A stretch of DNA of 64,000 bases from an uncultured Porifericola sp. (GTDB lineage Bacteria > Bacteroidota > Bacteroidia > Cytophagales > Cyclobacteriaceae). The stretch is taken from contig CAZZGE010000002.1 in the NCBI GenBank assembly GCA_964653665.1, positions 2,047 through 66,046 on the forward strand, written 5' to 3'. Below, piece by piece: positions 1-9,680 of the stretch; the first letter of the stretch is position 1, and every line of letters starts with the position of its first letter. The notes under the pieces are model-generated. The model saw nothing but the letters and a program-made list of their open reading frames with translations, had not been told where the DNA came from and made no database searches. The position numbers were made by a program, and so were the translations under genes.

Positions 1-27
1 TACCGCTTAACTCATTAAATTTTAAAC

Positions 28-888
28 ATGAATATGTTTATTAGTTCTAAACCAGACCAGTATTCTAAGGCATCTAAAGTGCTACTCTTAGCTTTGGATA
101 TGTCTGCTGCTTTTTTTGTTTTCTGGCAAGCGAAAAGTATCCTTGGAAATACTTTTTCCTTCAGTACCACTGATACCTACACGTTTGGCTTAGTCTGGCT
201 GCTACTTTGGGTCACCATTGGTATTTTTATCAATGGATACGAAGTTGACCAACATCGTACGCTGAACCGTATTATCAGCAACACTTTTAAAATCGCCTTT
301 TTCCATCTTCCTTTTGCCGGAGGTATAGCCTTCCTGATAGGTTTGAACGGACTTACATTTTCAGATCTTATTAGCCTGTACGGTTTGTTCATCTCAATGA
401 TCATACTTATCAAATCTACTCTGCTCGTAATCTACCGGTTTATTCGTAATCTTGAGAAAAACCGTAATAAGGCAGTTATCATCGGCTACACGAAGGCGGG
501 AATCAACTTGTACCAGTACCTGGTCAGTGAAAGGGCTTTTGGATACACCTTTGCTGGTTTTTTTGATAAGGATAAAAGTAATCCACTGGTGCAGGGAGAT
601 CTGCGTATGCTGAAAAAGTACTGTGTGCGTGAAAATATTGATGAAATATTTTATGCTCTTCCCTATGACAATGAGTTAATCCACGATATTTCATCATTTG
701 CTGACGACAATTTCATCAGATTTGCTATACTTCAGGATATCGGCTCAAAAGAGTTTAGTGCGTCACGTTCGATGGTTTATGATAATGGACTATCAGTTTT
801 CTCTCTACGCGAGCCCAAAAAAACCCGGTCCAATCAGGACAGACCCTACCAACGTGCTCTTAGCATCATTAAAAATGTAAATCTTTAA
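28..888 (+). CDS. N-terminal membrane + CoA-binding-like (Rossmann) region of a WcaJ-type polyprenyl-phosphate glycosylphosphotransferase, without the catalytic domain
   Basis: Four hydrophobic segments, then KAVIIGY...GYTFAGFFD...IDEIFYALP; the ORF stops just after SLREP, where the catalytic domain normally begins. Confidence 0.7.
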   Translation: MNMFISSKPDQYSKASKVLLLALDMSAAFFVFWQAKSILGNTFSFSTTDTYTFGLVWLLLWVTIGIFINGYEVDQHRTLNRIISNTFKIAFFHLPFAGGIAFLIGLNGLTFSDLISLYGLFISMIILIKSTLLVIYRFIRNLEKNRNKAVIIGYTKAGINLYQYLVSERAFGYTFAGFFDKDKSNPLVQGDLRMLKKYCVRENIDEIFYALPYDNELIHDISSFADDNFIRFAILQDIGSKEFSASRSMVYDNGLSVFSLREPKKTRSNQDRPYQRALSIIKNVNL

Positions 889-1016
889 GCAGATAGTAGT
901 TTTTTCCATCGCTAATAATTGAAAGCCGTTGAAGGTGAAAATAATGATTAATTTTTTACAAATTAATTATCATAGCATAAAGAGAGACGTGTCACAATTG
1001 CAGATCTACTTTTTAA

Positions 1017-2792
1017 TTAATAGATTTTTATTTCATAGGGCAAGCGAGACTGTACTCCTTGTAACTGCTCAACCTCCTTCAGCTGTTTGATCTGAGGATA
1101 TATAATGCCCAGTTCTTTCTTAAGCAGGTAACTGCTGAGCTGCATGTCAAACTGAGACATAAGTTGCTCCAAAAATGTCTTCTTCCGGGGATAATACCTT
1201 ACCTGGTAGTCTTCTTCTATTTCAGCCTTTTTGATTGCAATGTTGATCGCAGCATTCAATCCGCCCAATACGTCAATCAAATTTCTCTCTTTAGCCTGAA
1301 GACCACTCCAAACCCGACCCGAAGCTACTGCTCTTAACGCTTCCACTGACATGTTTCGTCCCTGGGCGGCCTTGCGGGTAAAGTCCTCGTACACACGTTC
1401 TGCTGAGTTTTGTAAAATTTCGTATTCAGCTTCCGATAAAGGTTTGGTCACGCGGTAGATATTGGAAAAGGTACCGGTTTGTACTACGTCGGTAGAAATG
1501 CCAAGTTTATTGAGCATCTCCTGTACATTGGGTAAAACTCCAAAAACACCGATTGACCCAGTGATGGTATTTGGGTGAGCAACGATCGTATCGCAAGCCA
1601 TGGCGATTGCGTAACCTCCTGAAGCTGCCACATCGGACATGGACGCGATCACAGGTTTCTCCTGCTGTGCCAGGTTGACTTCTTGCCAGATAGCGTCAGA
1701 AGCTATGCTGCTGCCACCTCCTGAATTGATTCTTAAGACAATGGCTTTGACATTATCATCCAAGCGAGCTTTGCGTATCTCTTTAGCAAATGTTTTTGAA
1801 CCAATGACAGTACCTTCCCCTTTTCCACTCACAATCGGACCGTTCGCTACGATGACACCTATGCGGTTGTTTGAATAATCATCGGGCTGCTGTTCTAATG
1901 ATTTTTCATATTTCTTAAGGGATATAAACTTTACGTCATCTACATTGATATTACCCTTATCATCTGTTTCTAAACCGAGCTCTTTTCCAATCTGCTCAAC
2001 GGAAGTATTATAATAAGCAGTATCAGTGATCAGGCCGTACTCTTTTGCCTGCACTGGGGTTTGTACTTTCATAGAGTCAGCCAGGTTCCTGAGTTCTTCC
2101 ACTGTCATTCCTCTGGTTGCTGCAATGCCTTCCAGGTAAATTTTGTAGAGATTTTCCAGATATTCTCTGGTCTGTAAGCGGCTAGAATCGCTCATGCTCG
2201 TACGGGTGAAAGGCTCTACCGCACTTTTGAAATCACCGACTTTAAACACCTGTGCGTCCACACCGATTTTATCTAGCGTCTCTTTGAAGAAAGTCACTTC
2301 AACGGCGAAACCATTAAATTCAAGCTGACCGAGAGGATGGACAAAAATATAGTCTGCGACGGAGGCCAGGTAGTAGCCTTTTTCGGACATAATTTCGCTG
2401 TAAGCAACAATAAATTTTCCCGATTCTTTGAAGTCCAAAAGGGCTTCCCTGATTTCTTCTAACGTGGCGAAGCCTGCCAGGGTAAGGCCGGGATCCATGT
2501 AGATGCCCTGAATCTTATCATTATTTTTGGCAGCCTGAATGGCCCTTTTCAGGCTGATAAGGCCAATGCTTCCGGCACTAGCACCAGGAATAGGTAAAGC
2601 GGCAAAGGGAACTTCCTGATTACGTTCCACAATGGGTAAGTTAAGTTCAATTTTGAGAACGGACTTATCCTGGACATCAGTTTCCTGTTGAGAGGAAGTT
2701 GACGAAGCAATACCTGCAAAAATTAAGATAATAACTCCGAAAAAAATCATAAGGCCCACAAAAGTAGCCAAAACGGTTTGTAGAAATTTCAT
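1017..2792 (-). CDS. sppA: Signal peptide peptidase SppA (protease IV, long form)
   Basis: KVGDFKSAVEPF, LRINSGGGS, SMSDVAASGGY, TITGSIGVFG, GRVWSG motifs; N-terminal TM anchor. Confidence 0.95.
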   Translation of the reverse strand: MKFLQTVLATFVGLMIFFGVIILIFAGIASSTSSQQETDVQDKSVLKIELNLPIVERNQEVPFAALPIPGASAGSIGLISLKRAIQAAKNNDKIQGIYMDPGLTLAGFATLEEIREALLDFKESGKFIVAYSEIMSEKGYYLASVADYIFVHPLGQLEFNGFAVEVTFFKETLDKIGVDAQVFKVGDFKSAVEPFTRTSMSDSSRLQTREYLENLYKIYLEGIAATRGMTVEELRNLADSMKVQTPVQAKEYGLITDTAYYNTSVEQIGKELGLETDDKGNINVDDVKFISLKKYEKSLEQQPDDYSNNRIGVIVANGPIVSGKGEGTVIGSKTFAKEIRKARLDDNVKAIVLRINSGGGSSIASDAIWQEVNLAQQEKPVIASMSDVAASGGYAIAMACDTIVAHPNTITGSIGVFGVLPNVQEMLNKLGISTDVVQTGTFSNIYRVTKPLSEAEYEILQNSAERVYEDFTRKAAQGRNMSVEALRAVASGRVWSGLQAKERNLIDVLGGLNAAINIAIKKAEIEEDYQVRYYPRKKTFLEQLMSQFDMQLSSYLLKKELGIIYPQIKQLKEVEQLQGVQSRLPYEIKIY

Positions 2793-2877
2793 GTTCGTTA
2801 ATTATTTGATAAACGGGTTATAATAATCAATTTTGAGTTGATTGGATAATCAAGTAACTATATAACTAATTTGTACT

Positions 2878-3393
2878 TTGAAGTTCACCAAAGGTATCTA
2901 TATATTATTGGGAAGCAATCTGGGGGATCGTATTCAGGTGCTTCAAGCCACAAAAAAAATAATCCAGGAACGAGTAGGAGAGATTCTTCAAACATCTGCC
3001 ATATACGAAACCGAACCCTGGGGGGTAAGTGATCAGCCGTCTTTCTATAATCAGGTTTTGCTAATACAAACCTATCTTGACCCTCACTGTTTGCTTGAAA
3101 ATCTGCAGGGGGTAGAAAAAGACATAGGGAAGGTAAAGCTGGGAAAATGGCGTGAACGTTTGATAGACGTCGATATTTTGTATTATCATGATGTGATTCT
3201 TAATGATGAAGATTTAACGATCCCTCATCCAGAGATACGCAACCGGCGCTTTACTTTGGTGCCTCTTTGCGAGATAGCTGCAGATTTTGTCAATCCGGTT
3301 TTTCAAAAAACCCAGCAGGAAATGCTGCATCAATGCGGAGACAAGCTCGCGGTATGGCCCCTTGCTCAGGTAAAAAGTACGGATACTCAGTAG
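2878..3393 (+). CDS. folK: 2-amino-4-hydroxy-6-hydroxymethyldihydropteridine diphosphokinase
   Basis: LGSNLGDR, YETEPWG, ERLIDVDIL, IPHP motifs; TTG start. Confidence 0.95.
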   Translation: MKFTKGIYILLGSNLGDRIQVLQATKKIIQERVGEILQTSAIYETEPWGVSDQPSFYNQVLLIQTYLDPHCLLENLQGVEKDIGKVKLGKWRERLIDVDILYYHDVILNDEDLTIPHPEIRNRRFTLVPLCEIAADFVNPVFQKTQQEMLHQCGDKLAVWPLAQVKSTDTQ

Positions 3394-4541
3394 CGGGGGG
3401 TTTGTGCGTCAATCTCTTCAGTCCATGCTAAAATACCGCCTTGCAGATTCAATAAATTATCAAACCCTTTCCGCTCAAGGATCCGAATAGCCTGCTGGCT
3501 TCGCTGGCCGCTGCGGCAATGCACAATCACCGGCTTATCCTTAGGAATAATCTGCCAGTTGTTTTCTACTTCTCTAAGAGGAACGAGTTTCCCGCCCAGG
3601 TTAGCAATCTCATATTCATAAGGTTCTCTTACGTCAAGGAGCAAGTAATCATCTTGGCGATGTCTCATGGCCCTAAATTCTTGTACGCTTATTCCAGCAA
3701 CGCTTTCTTTCTGCTCAAACTGGCATCCGCAAAAAGCTTCATAATTTGTTTGCTGAAGGTCAATTTCGGTTTTGTCTTGCAGGGGATTATCGCGGTTCTT
3801 GCGGAATTTTAATTTTCGGCTTTCAAAACTGAGTGTATCAAAAATGAATAACACTCCCGCCAGTGGCTTACCCACACCGGTAATCACTTTGATAACCTCA
3901 TTGGCCTGCAGGCTGCCGATAATACCGGGGAGCACTCCCAGTACACCGCCTTCAGCACAGGAAGGCACCTGACCTGGTGGCGGTGGTGTTGGATACAAGT
4001 CACGATAATTAGGACCTCTTTCGTTATCTGATTGGAGGTAATTAAATACAGATACCTGTCCCTCAAAACGATAGATAGAAGCATATACGTTTACCTTATT
4101 CAGAATGACGCAGGCGTCATTAACTAAATAGCGCGTAGGAAAATTATCAGTGCCATCGGCTACAACATCATAATCTTTAACAATGTCAAGGATGTTTTCA
4201 GGTTTGAGTTTTTCCTGGTAAGTGCGAAGGGCTAAATGCGGGTTTTGTGCAGAAAGACGTCGTGCGGCTGCTTCTACTTTTGGCTTGCCTACATCATCCA
4301 GCGTAAAAAGAATTTGCCGGTGCAGATTACTTTCATCCACTGTATCGTGGTCTACCAGACCAATAGTGCCAACCCCTGCTGCCGTCAGGTAGGATAACAG
4401 AGGAGCCCCCAATCCTCCACAGCCTACTACCAGCACTCTTGCTGCCTTCAGTTTTTTCTGCCCTTCAATATTAAAGTCAGGAATAAGGATGTGACGGCTA
4501 TACCTTCGTAGTTCCTCCCGGCTGAGTTGTGTATTAGTCAT
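3387..4541 (-). CDS. moeB: MoeB/MoeZ ThiF-family adenylyltransferase with C-terminal rhodanese domain
   Basis: RYSRH, VGCGGLG, SNLHRQ, DGTDNF, PSCAEGGVLG, rhodanese HCRSGQRS; start moved to ATG at 4541 (MTNTQLS). Confidence 0.9.
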   Translation of the reverse strand: MTNTQLSREELRRYSRHILIPDFNIEGQKKLKAARVLVVGCGGLGAPLLSYLTAAGVGTIGLVDHDTVDESNLHRQILFTLDDVGKPKVEAAARRLSAQNPHLALRTYQEKLKPENILDIVKDYDVVADGTDNFPTRYLVNDACVILNKVNVYASIYRFEGQVSVFNYLQSDNERGPNYRDLYPTPPPPGQVPSCAEGGVLGVLPGIIGSLQANEVIKVITGVGKPLAGVLFIFDTLSFESRKLKFRKNRDNPLQDKTEIDLQQTNYEAFCGCQFEQKESVAGISVQEFRAMRHRQDDYLLLDVREPYEYEIANLGGKLVPLREVENNWQIIPKDKPVIVHCRSGQRSQQAIRILERKGFDNLLNLQGGILAWTEEIDAQTPRY

Positions 4542-4563
4542 GATAAAGGGTTGGTAGGTGACG

Positions 4564-4592
4564 AAAAAAGCCCGACCGTATATCAATCGGGC
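4564..4592 (-). terminator. Intrinsic terminator downstream of msrB
   Basis: Minus strand reads GCCCGA...TCGGGC followed by TTTTTT, 8 nt after the msrB stop. Confidence 0.75.
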
Positions 4593-4600
4593 CAGGGCTA

Positions 4601-4996
4601 TTATTTTTCTTCAAACTTGAGAGAAATAGAATTCATGCAAAAACGCTGACCAGTAGGGGCTGGTCCATCGTTAAACACGTGCCCTAGATGGCTTTCGCAA
4701 CTACTACAAAGAACTTCGGTACGTATCATGCCCAGGCTGGTATCTCTCTCTTGCTCTATACGATCTTCTTCAATAGGCGCATAAAAGCTAGGCCAGCCAC
4801 TACCGGATTCGTACTTGGTATCAGAAGAGAATAGTTCCTGGCCACAGGCGGCACATTTGTAAACACCTTTCCCCTTATGATTGTAGTATTCTCCGGTAAA
4901 AGCTCTTTCTGTTCCCTTTTCTCTTAGTACACGATACTGTTCTGGGGTGAGCTCTTTTTGCCACTCCTCATTGGATTTATTTACTTTATTTAGCAT
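4601..4996 (-). CDS. msrB: Peptide-methionine (R)-S-oxide reductase
   Basis: [30 protein letters not shown], two CxxC zinc pairs. Confidence 0.97.
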   Translation of the reverse strand: MLNKVNKSNEEWQKELTPEQYRVLREKGTERAFTGEYYNHKGKGVYKCAACGQELFSSDTKYESGSGWPSFYAPIEEDRIEQERDTSLGMIRTEVLCSSCESHLGHVFNDGPAPTGQRFCMNSISLKFEEK

Positions 4997-5054
4997 AAGA
5001 ATTAGTTTTTGTTAGATTTACTTAAATAACATGATTCGGCTAATAATGATTTGT

Positions 5055-5198
5055 AAACCCAGTGAACTTGTTACAGACGGCAACGTTCGGCAACTTCATC
5101 CAAACACTCATCGTTGAAGCTTGTAGGAAAAATTGATTGACATCAACCACGAAATATTCTAAAAGGAGCATTAACAAACGGTAATGTCCTTTTTTTTG
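5055..5198 (+). ncRNA. Candidate structured small RNA of unknown family
   Basis: No ORF; stems TTACAG/TTGTAG, CTTCA/TGAAG, crossing TGAAC/GTTCG, hairpin TTGAT/ATCAA; ends in a terminator with its T-run on the + strand although both flanking genes are on the - strand; 5' end is a guess. Confidence 0.45.
5161..5197 (+). terminator. Intrinsic terminator, possibly bidirectional
   Basis: AAAAGGA-G-CATTA / TAATG-TCCTTTT stem with a run of 8 T at 5190-5197. Confidence 0.75.
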
Positions 5199-5265
5199 TT
5201 GAAGCCAAATTCAGTGAGCTTGCTAGTAAAAAGATTTACGCACTTACATACACCTATGCATTAAA

Positions 5266-6003
5266 TTAGTAAGCTGGAATGATTTTACCGCTCCCTGTAA
5301 TTTCCACGTCACTAAGCTCAGTAGGGTGATACAGATAAATGTTGCCTCTTCTGAGTAGTTTTCCATAAAGTAACTTTTCTGGATAAAGATGGAAATCATT
5401 GTTGCTTTTCTGAAACACCCTTACTTCTCTAGCTCTCATTCGTCTACCTTCAAAAATAGCATTGTTGCTAAGATATTGAACATGCAAGCGGTCAGTTTTT
5501 CCTTCTAGAGAAATCGTACCGTACCTCGAGGAAACCACCGTAATATTATCAGCCTTAAGCTTTAGGTTAATGGTACCGGTACCCCGCCGTGCTTCAATTC
5601 GTAACTCATCAACCTGCAGAGTATCATCTGTGCTGATGCGACCATAACCATTCTGACATATCAGACTAAGATGGGGGACATAAAGCAGTACCTCTCTTTC
5701 CTGGTACTGACGCGTCCAGTCACAGCGATTGTTATCCTGGATCGTGAGTTTTCCATCATTGACGATCAAAGAAATCTGGGTAATGACATTTTTGCCGGCT
5801 CTGACAATGGCCCTTTGTTCGGCTGAAGGGAATAACCTGACACAGATGCCATCGTTAGCTTCAATTTTATTGAAAGGGGCTAACGCATAAGCTTGTTCCG
5901 TCATTTTCCCGGTACGTGCGAGACATTCATCGATCTCTTCAATGCAAGACTGAAGGCTAAGGTGAATCAATACGAATAGGAGAAAAAGGACGCGTATTTT
6001 CAA
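5266..6003 (-). CDS. Head GIN domain (DUF2807-like) beta-helix lipoprotein
   Basis: Lipobox LQSC; FNKIEANDGI, GKLTI, ISLEGKT, ITGSGKI repeats typical of the family. Confidence 0.75.
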   Translation of the reverse strand: MKIRVLFLLFVLIHLSLQSCIEEIDECLARTGKMTEQAYALAPFNKIEANDGICVRLFPSAEQRAIVRAGKNVITQISLIVNDGKLTIQDNNRCDWTRQYQEREVLLYVPHLSLICQNGYGRISTDDTLQVDELRIEARRGTGTINLKLKADNITVVSSRYGTISLEGKTDRLHVQYLSNNAIFEGRRMRAREVRVFQKSNNDFHLYPEKLLYGKLLRRGNIYLYHPTELSDVEITGSGKIIPAY

Positions 6004-6224
6004 GAGGAGTACCGCTTTGTAAATTTTTCTTTACAGATCAAAATAAGCACTACAAGGTGAGAAGTACACTGTTTTACCTATAAAGTTTATGCGTTCAGGA
6101 GTATACGATTATTAAACACATAATTGAAGTAAAATCGAGGTTTTCAATACACACATGATGCCGGTAAAGGAATAAATAAGCCACTATTTTCGTTAAGTCA
6201 TCAGCTTATGCATAATTTTATGCT

Positions 6225-7184
6225 ATGTCGCTGAGAGTAAATCAACTTACAAAATTTTTTGGAAAACAGGTGGCCATTAATGCCATCTCCTTTGAAGCCA
6301 GGGAGGGCGAAATTTTAGGTTTTTTGGGCCCCAATGGTGCTGGTAAATCTACGACCATGAAAATCGCTACTGCTTACCTACCTCCCAGCCACGGTTCAGT
6401 GCAGGTGTGCGGTAAAAATGTGGTTGAAGATTCGCTGTCGGTACGCAAAATGGTAGGCTACCTGCCCGAACACAACCCCTTATACCTGGAGATGTACGTC
6501 CGTGAGTACCTTCGTTTTATTGGTAGTATGTATAAGCTCTCAGGTAAAGTGCTGTCGCAGAGAGTTGATAAAATGATTGATTTATGCGGATTAGAGCTTG
6601 AGCAACACAAGCTTATCAGTTCTTTATCAAAAGGTTACCGGCAAAGAGTGGGCTTAGCTCAGGCACTGATTCATGATCCCAAGGTACTCATTCTTGATGA
6701 GCCTACCACGGGACTGGATCCGAATCAGTTGGGTGAAATCCGACGCCTGATCAAAGAGATCAGTCGTGAGAAAACTGTTATTTTTTCAACGCATATCATG
6801 CAGGAAGTTCAGGCGCTCTGTGATCGCGTGGTTATCATCAACCGAGGCAATATTGTGATTAATGCCTCTATGGATGAACTGAAAAACCAGGGACAAAAGA
6901 GGGGCGCGTCACGACAAAGGGTTGAGCTTGCATTCGCTAATAAGGTAGAAACGGCATTACTGGAAGAACTTGTAGATGTAGCAACAGTAAACCCAATTGG
7001 TCAACACCGTTACCGGGTGATGGCAGAGGAGGGAACCGGTGATATACGCCCTGCTCTATTTCAATTTGCCTGTAAGCAGGGTCATGTCTTGCTGGAGATG
7101 CGACAGCTATCCTCGGAAGCGGTTAGCGAGTACGGTAACTCTCTGGAAGAAATCTTCCGTAACCTCACTGTCAATGGTAAGTAA
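6225..7184 (+). CDS. gldA: Gliding motility ABC transporter ATP-binding subunit
   Basis: GPNGAGKST, YLPEHNPLY, LSKGYRQRVG, ILDEPT; followed by gldF and gldG. Confidence 0.92.
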   Translation: MSLRVNQLTKFFGKQVAINAISFEAREGEILGFLGPNGAGKSTTMKIATAYLPPSHGSVQVCGKNVVEDSLSVRKMVGYLPEHNPLYLEMYVREYLRFIGSMYKLSGKVLSQRVDKMIDLCGLELEQHKLISSLSKGYRQRVGLAQALIHDPKVLILDEPTTGLDPNQLGEIRRLIKEISREKTVIFSTHIMQEVQALCDRVVIINRGNIVINASMDELKNQGQKRGASRQRVELAFANKVETALLEELVDVATVNPIGQHRYRVMAEEGTGDIRPALFQFACKQGHVLLEMRQLSSEAVSEYGNSLEEIFRNLTVNGK

Positions 7185-7186
7185 CT

Positions 7187-7915
7187 ATGTGGCAACTCTA
7201 CAAAAAAGAAATCAATACATATCTGAACGCACTAATCGCGTATATTGTCATAGCCGTTTTTCTGACAAGTATTGGGCTGCTGGTGTGGGTTTTTCCGGAA
7301 ACGAGCATTTTACAGTACGGATATGCTGATATGTATACTTTGTTTTCCCTCACGCCCTATGTATTTATGTTTCTGATACCTGCTATCACTATGCGCAGCT
7401 TTGCTGAAGAAAAGAAAGCAGGCACGATAGAACTGCTTCTTACCCAGCCAGTAAAAGATATTCATATTATTTTGGGCAAATTCTTTTCAGCCTGGACAAT
7501 CGTCATTTTTGCGCTCCTACCTACACTGATATATTATTTCTCAGTGTACCAACTAGGTAGTCCTGTGGGGAATTTAGATACGGCAGGTATAACTGGTTCG
7601 TACATGGGCCTGATTTTATTAGGCGGTGTTTTTACTTCAATCGGCATATTAGCTTCCTCGCTGACTGAAAACCAGGTAGTGTCATTTATCCTGGCAGTTT
7701 TTCTTAGCTTTTTGCTCTTTAGTGGGTTTAACTCAATCGCATCTCTTCAAGTCTGGGAAAATTCAGCCTATTGGGTACAACGTCTGGGTATTATGCATCA
7801 TTATGATGCTATGAGCCGGGGTTTGATAGATTCCCGTAACCTGGTTTACTTCCTTTCTATCATTATTCTGATGATTTTAGTGACCCAGCTCAGGCTGGGA
7901 AGCCGCAAATGGTGA
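7187..7915 (+). CDS. gldF: Gliding motility ABC transporter permease
   Basis: FLIPAITMRSFAEEKKAGTIELLLTQP; multi-TM. Confidence 0.92.
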   Translation: MWQLYKKEINTYLNALIAYIVIAVFLTSIGLLVWVFPETSILQYGYADMYTLFSLTPYVFMFLIPAITMRSFAEEKKAGTIELLLTQPVKDIHIILGKFFSAWTIVIFALLPTLIYYFSVYQLGSPVGNLDTAGITGSYMGLILLGGVFTSIGILASSLTENQVVSFILAVFLSFLLFSGFNSIASLQVWENSAYWVQRLGIMHHYDAMSRGLIDSRNLVYFLSIIILMILVTQLRLGSRKW

Positions 7916-7945
7916 GCGAAAAACGTAGCACATTGCAGTACAGAA

Positions 7946-9643
7946 ATGGAAAAAATAGTGGAAAAAGAAAATAAGGCTTTTTGGAAAGGGATATCCATCT
8001 TCGGATTAGGGGTACTATTCCTTTTTATCTTTAACCTTTTTGCACAGCAATACTTTTTTCGTCTGGATTTAACCGAAGAAAAACGTTATACCATTTCCGA
8101 TGCCACCCGGCAGATGCTCCTTGGCCTGGAGGAGGATGTAGAAATTACTGTATATCTGGAGGGAGATATCAATCCGGGCTTCAAGCGTTTGCAAAAAAGT
8201 GTTGAAGAAACTTTAGAAGAATTTAAAGTCTATACCGGCAGTAACCTCTCTTATCGCTTTGTCAATCCGCTGGATGCCGTAGCTCCTGATCAGCGGCAGG
8301 ATTTTTTTGTACAACTGGCTGGTATGGGTATAGAGCCTACGCGCGTCTACGACGAGGAAGACGGCCAGCGGATGCAGAAACTCATCGTGCCGGGCGCGGT
8401 AATTTCCCATCAGGGTCAGAAAGCTGGTGTAATGCTGTTGAACGGAAACCGGGCAGCGGGAGCACAGGAAGCGCTCAATCAGTCTATTGAAAACGTAGAA
8501 TATGAACTGGCCAATGGAATACGCCGGTTGGTCGCAGAAGATCAAAAAACAATAGGTATTTTAAGAGGTCATGGTGAAATTGAAGGAGTAGAGGGATCAA
8601 GCCTGCGAAGTAGCGTAGCATCATTTTATAAAGTAACTGACATCAATATCACTAAGGTTTCTCGTATTCCGGAGGTTGAGGTACTCATGATTAACAAACC
8701 CAAAGAAAGATTTAGCCGAGAAGATAAATATAAGCTGGATCAGTACATTATGCAGGGGGGTAAGGTCATGTTTTTTATTGATCCCTTGTATATAGAGATG
8801 GACAGTATTACCGAAAATGGTTCTATTGCCTTTCCCTACGATCTGAACCTGGATGATATGCTTTTCCGATACGGGGTGCGGATCAATAAGACGCTGGTAC
8901 AGGATATAAAATCCGGCGTGTATCCGTTTGTAGTGGGTGATGTAGGAGGGCAGCCTCAGATAGTCTCGCTTCAGTGGCCATTTTTTCCCATTGTCAACCG
9001 CTACGGCGACCATCCCATTGTCAAAAATATGAACGCCATGTATCTGCAGTTTGTCAGCGAGATAGACACGGTTTTGGCAGAAGGCGTTAGGAAAACACCT
9101 TTGATCTTTACCTCGGAATATTCTAGGGTTTTACAGACGCCTATCGTAGTGAATCTGATGGAACTGCGGGAAGCACCACGTCCTGAGCGCTTTCAGGACG
9201 GCCCTCAGGCAGTAGCCTACTTGTTGGAAGGTACCTTTACTTCGGTATTTAAAAACAGGGTCTTACCAGACATAGCTTCTGCTTCCACATTCAGAGAAGA
9301 AAGTGTGGAAACCAAAATCATTGTGGTGGCTGATGGTGAAGTGGTAAGAAATGAAGTAGATCGTAAAACCGGTGAACCACTCCCCTTAAAATTTGATCCA
9401 GTTACAGAGCGCAACTTTGCCAATGAAGACTTTGTGCTTAATGCACTGTCTTATCTAACTGATGAAAACGGCCTCATCAATGCCCGGGCAAAGGAGATTC
9501 GGATACGACCCTTGGACCAGATAAAGGTAGATCAGCAAGCTACCGGCTGGCAGTTATTTAACCTGCTCGTTCCTATCGTACTGGTTCTGGTTTTTGGCTT
9601 TACCAAAGCGTATTTGAGGCGGAGAAAATATGCCAGGCAATAA
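7946..9643 (+). CDS. gldG: Gliding motility ABC transporter auxiliary/substrate-binding protein
   Basis: RLDLTEEKRYTIS, LDQYIMQGGK, IVVADGE, C-terminal TM; operon context. Confidence 0.92.
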   Translation: MEKIVEKENKAFWKGISIFGLGVLFLFIFNLFAQQYFFRLDLTEEKRYTISDATRQMLLGLEEDVEITVYLEGDINPGFKRLQKSVEETLEEFKVYTGSNLSYRFVNPLDAVAPDQRQDFFVQLAGMGIEPTRVYDEEDGQRMQKLIVPGAVISHQGQKAGVMLLNGNRAAGAQEALNQSIENVEYELANGIRRLVAEDQKTIGILRGHGEIEGVEGSSLRSSVASFYKVTDINITKVSRIPEVEVLMINKPKERFSREDKYKLDQYIMQGGKVMFFIDPLYIEMDSITENGSIAFPYDLNLDDMLFRYGVRINKTLVQDIKSGVYPFVVGDVGGQPQIVSLQWPFFPIVNRYGDHPIVKNMNAMYLQFVSEIDTVLAEGVRKTPLIFTSEYSRVLQTPIVVNLMELREAPRPERFQDGPQAVAYLLEGTFTSVFKNRVLPDIASASTFREESVETKIIVVADGEVVRNEVDRKTGEPLPLKFDPVTERNFANEDFVLNALSYLTDENGLINARAKEIRIRPLDQIKVDQQATGWQLFNLLVPIVLVLVFGFTKAYLRRRKYARQ

Positions 9644-9646
9644 ATG

Positions 9647-9673
9647 AAAAAGGTGCACTCTTCAGCGCACCTT
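9647..9673 (-). terminator. Intrinsic terminator between convergent gldG and epimerase genes
   Basis: AAGGTGC/GCACCTT stem preceded by an A-run (U-tract on the - strand). Confidence 0.65.
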
Positions 9674-9680
9674 GTGTTAA

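Noticed and set aside
889..1016. Possible remnant of the missing WcaJ catalytic domain and an AT-rich hairpin near 944-965
   Set aside because: Only a very weak peptide resemblance (FPSLIIESR), and the hairpin is almost all A/T; both are compatible with chance.
3387..3393. Tail-to-tail gene overlaps (folK/moeZ; also kinase/AlbA and sulfatase/oxidoreductase) as antisense regulation
   Set aside because: Overlaps of 7-13 nt between convergent genes are common in compact genomes and carry no further evidence.
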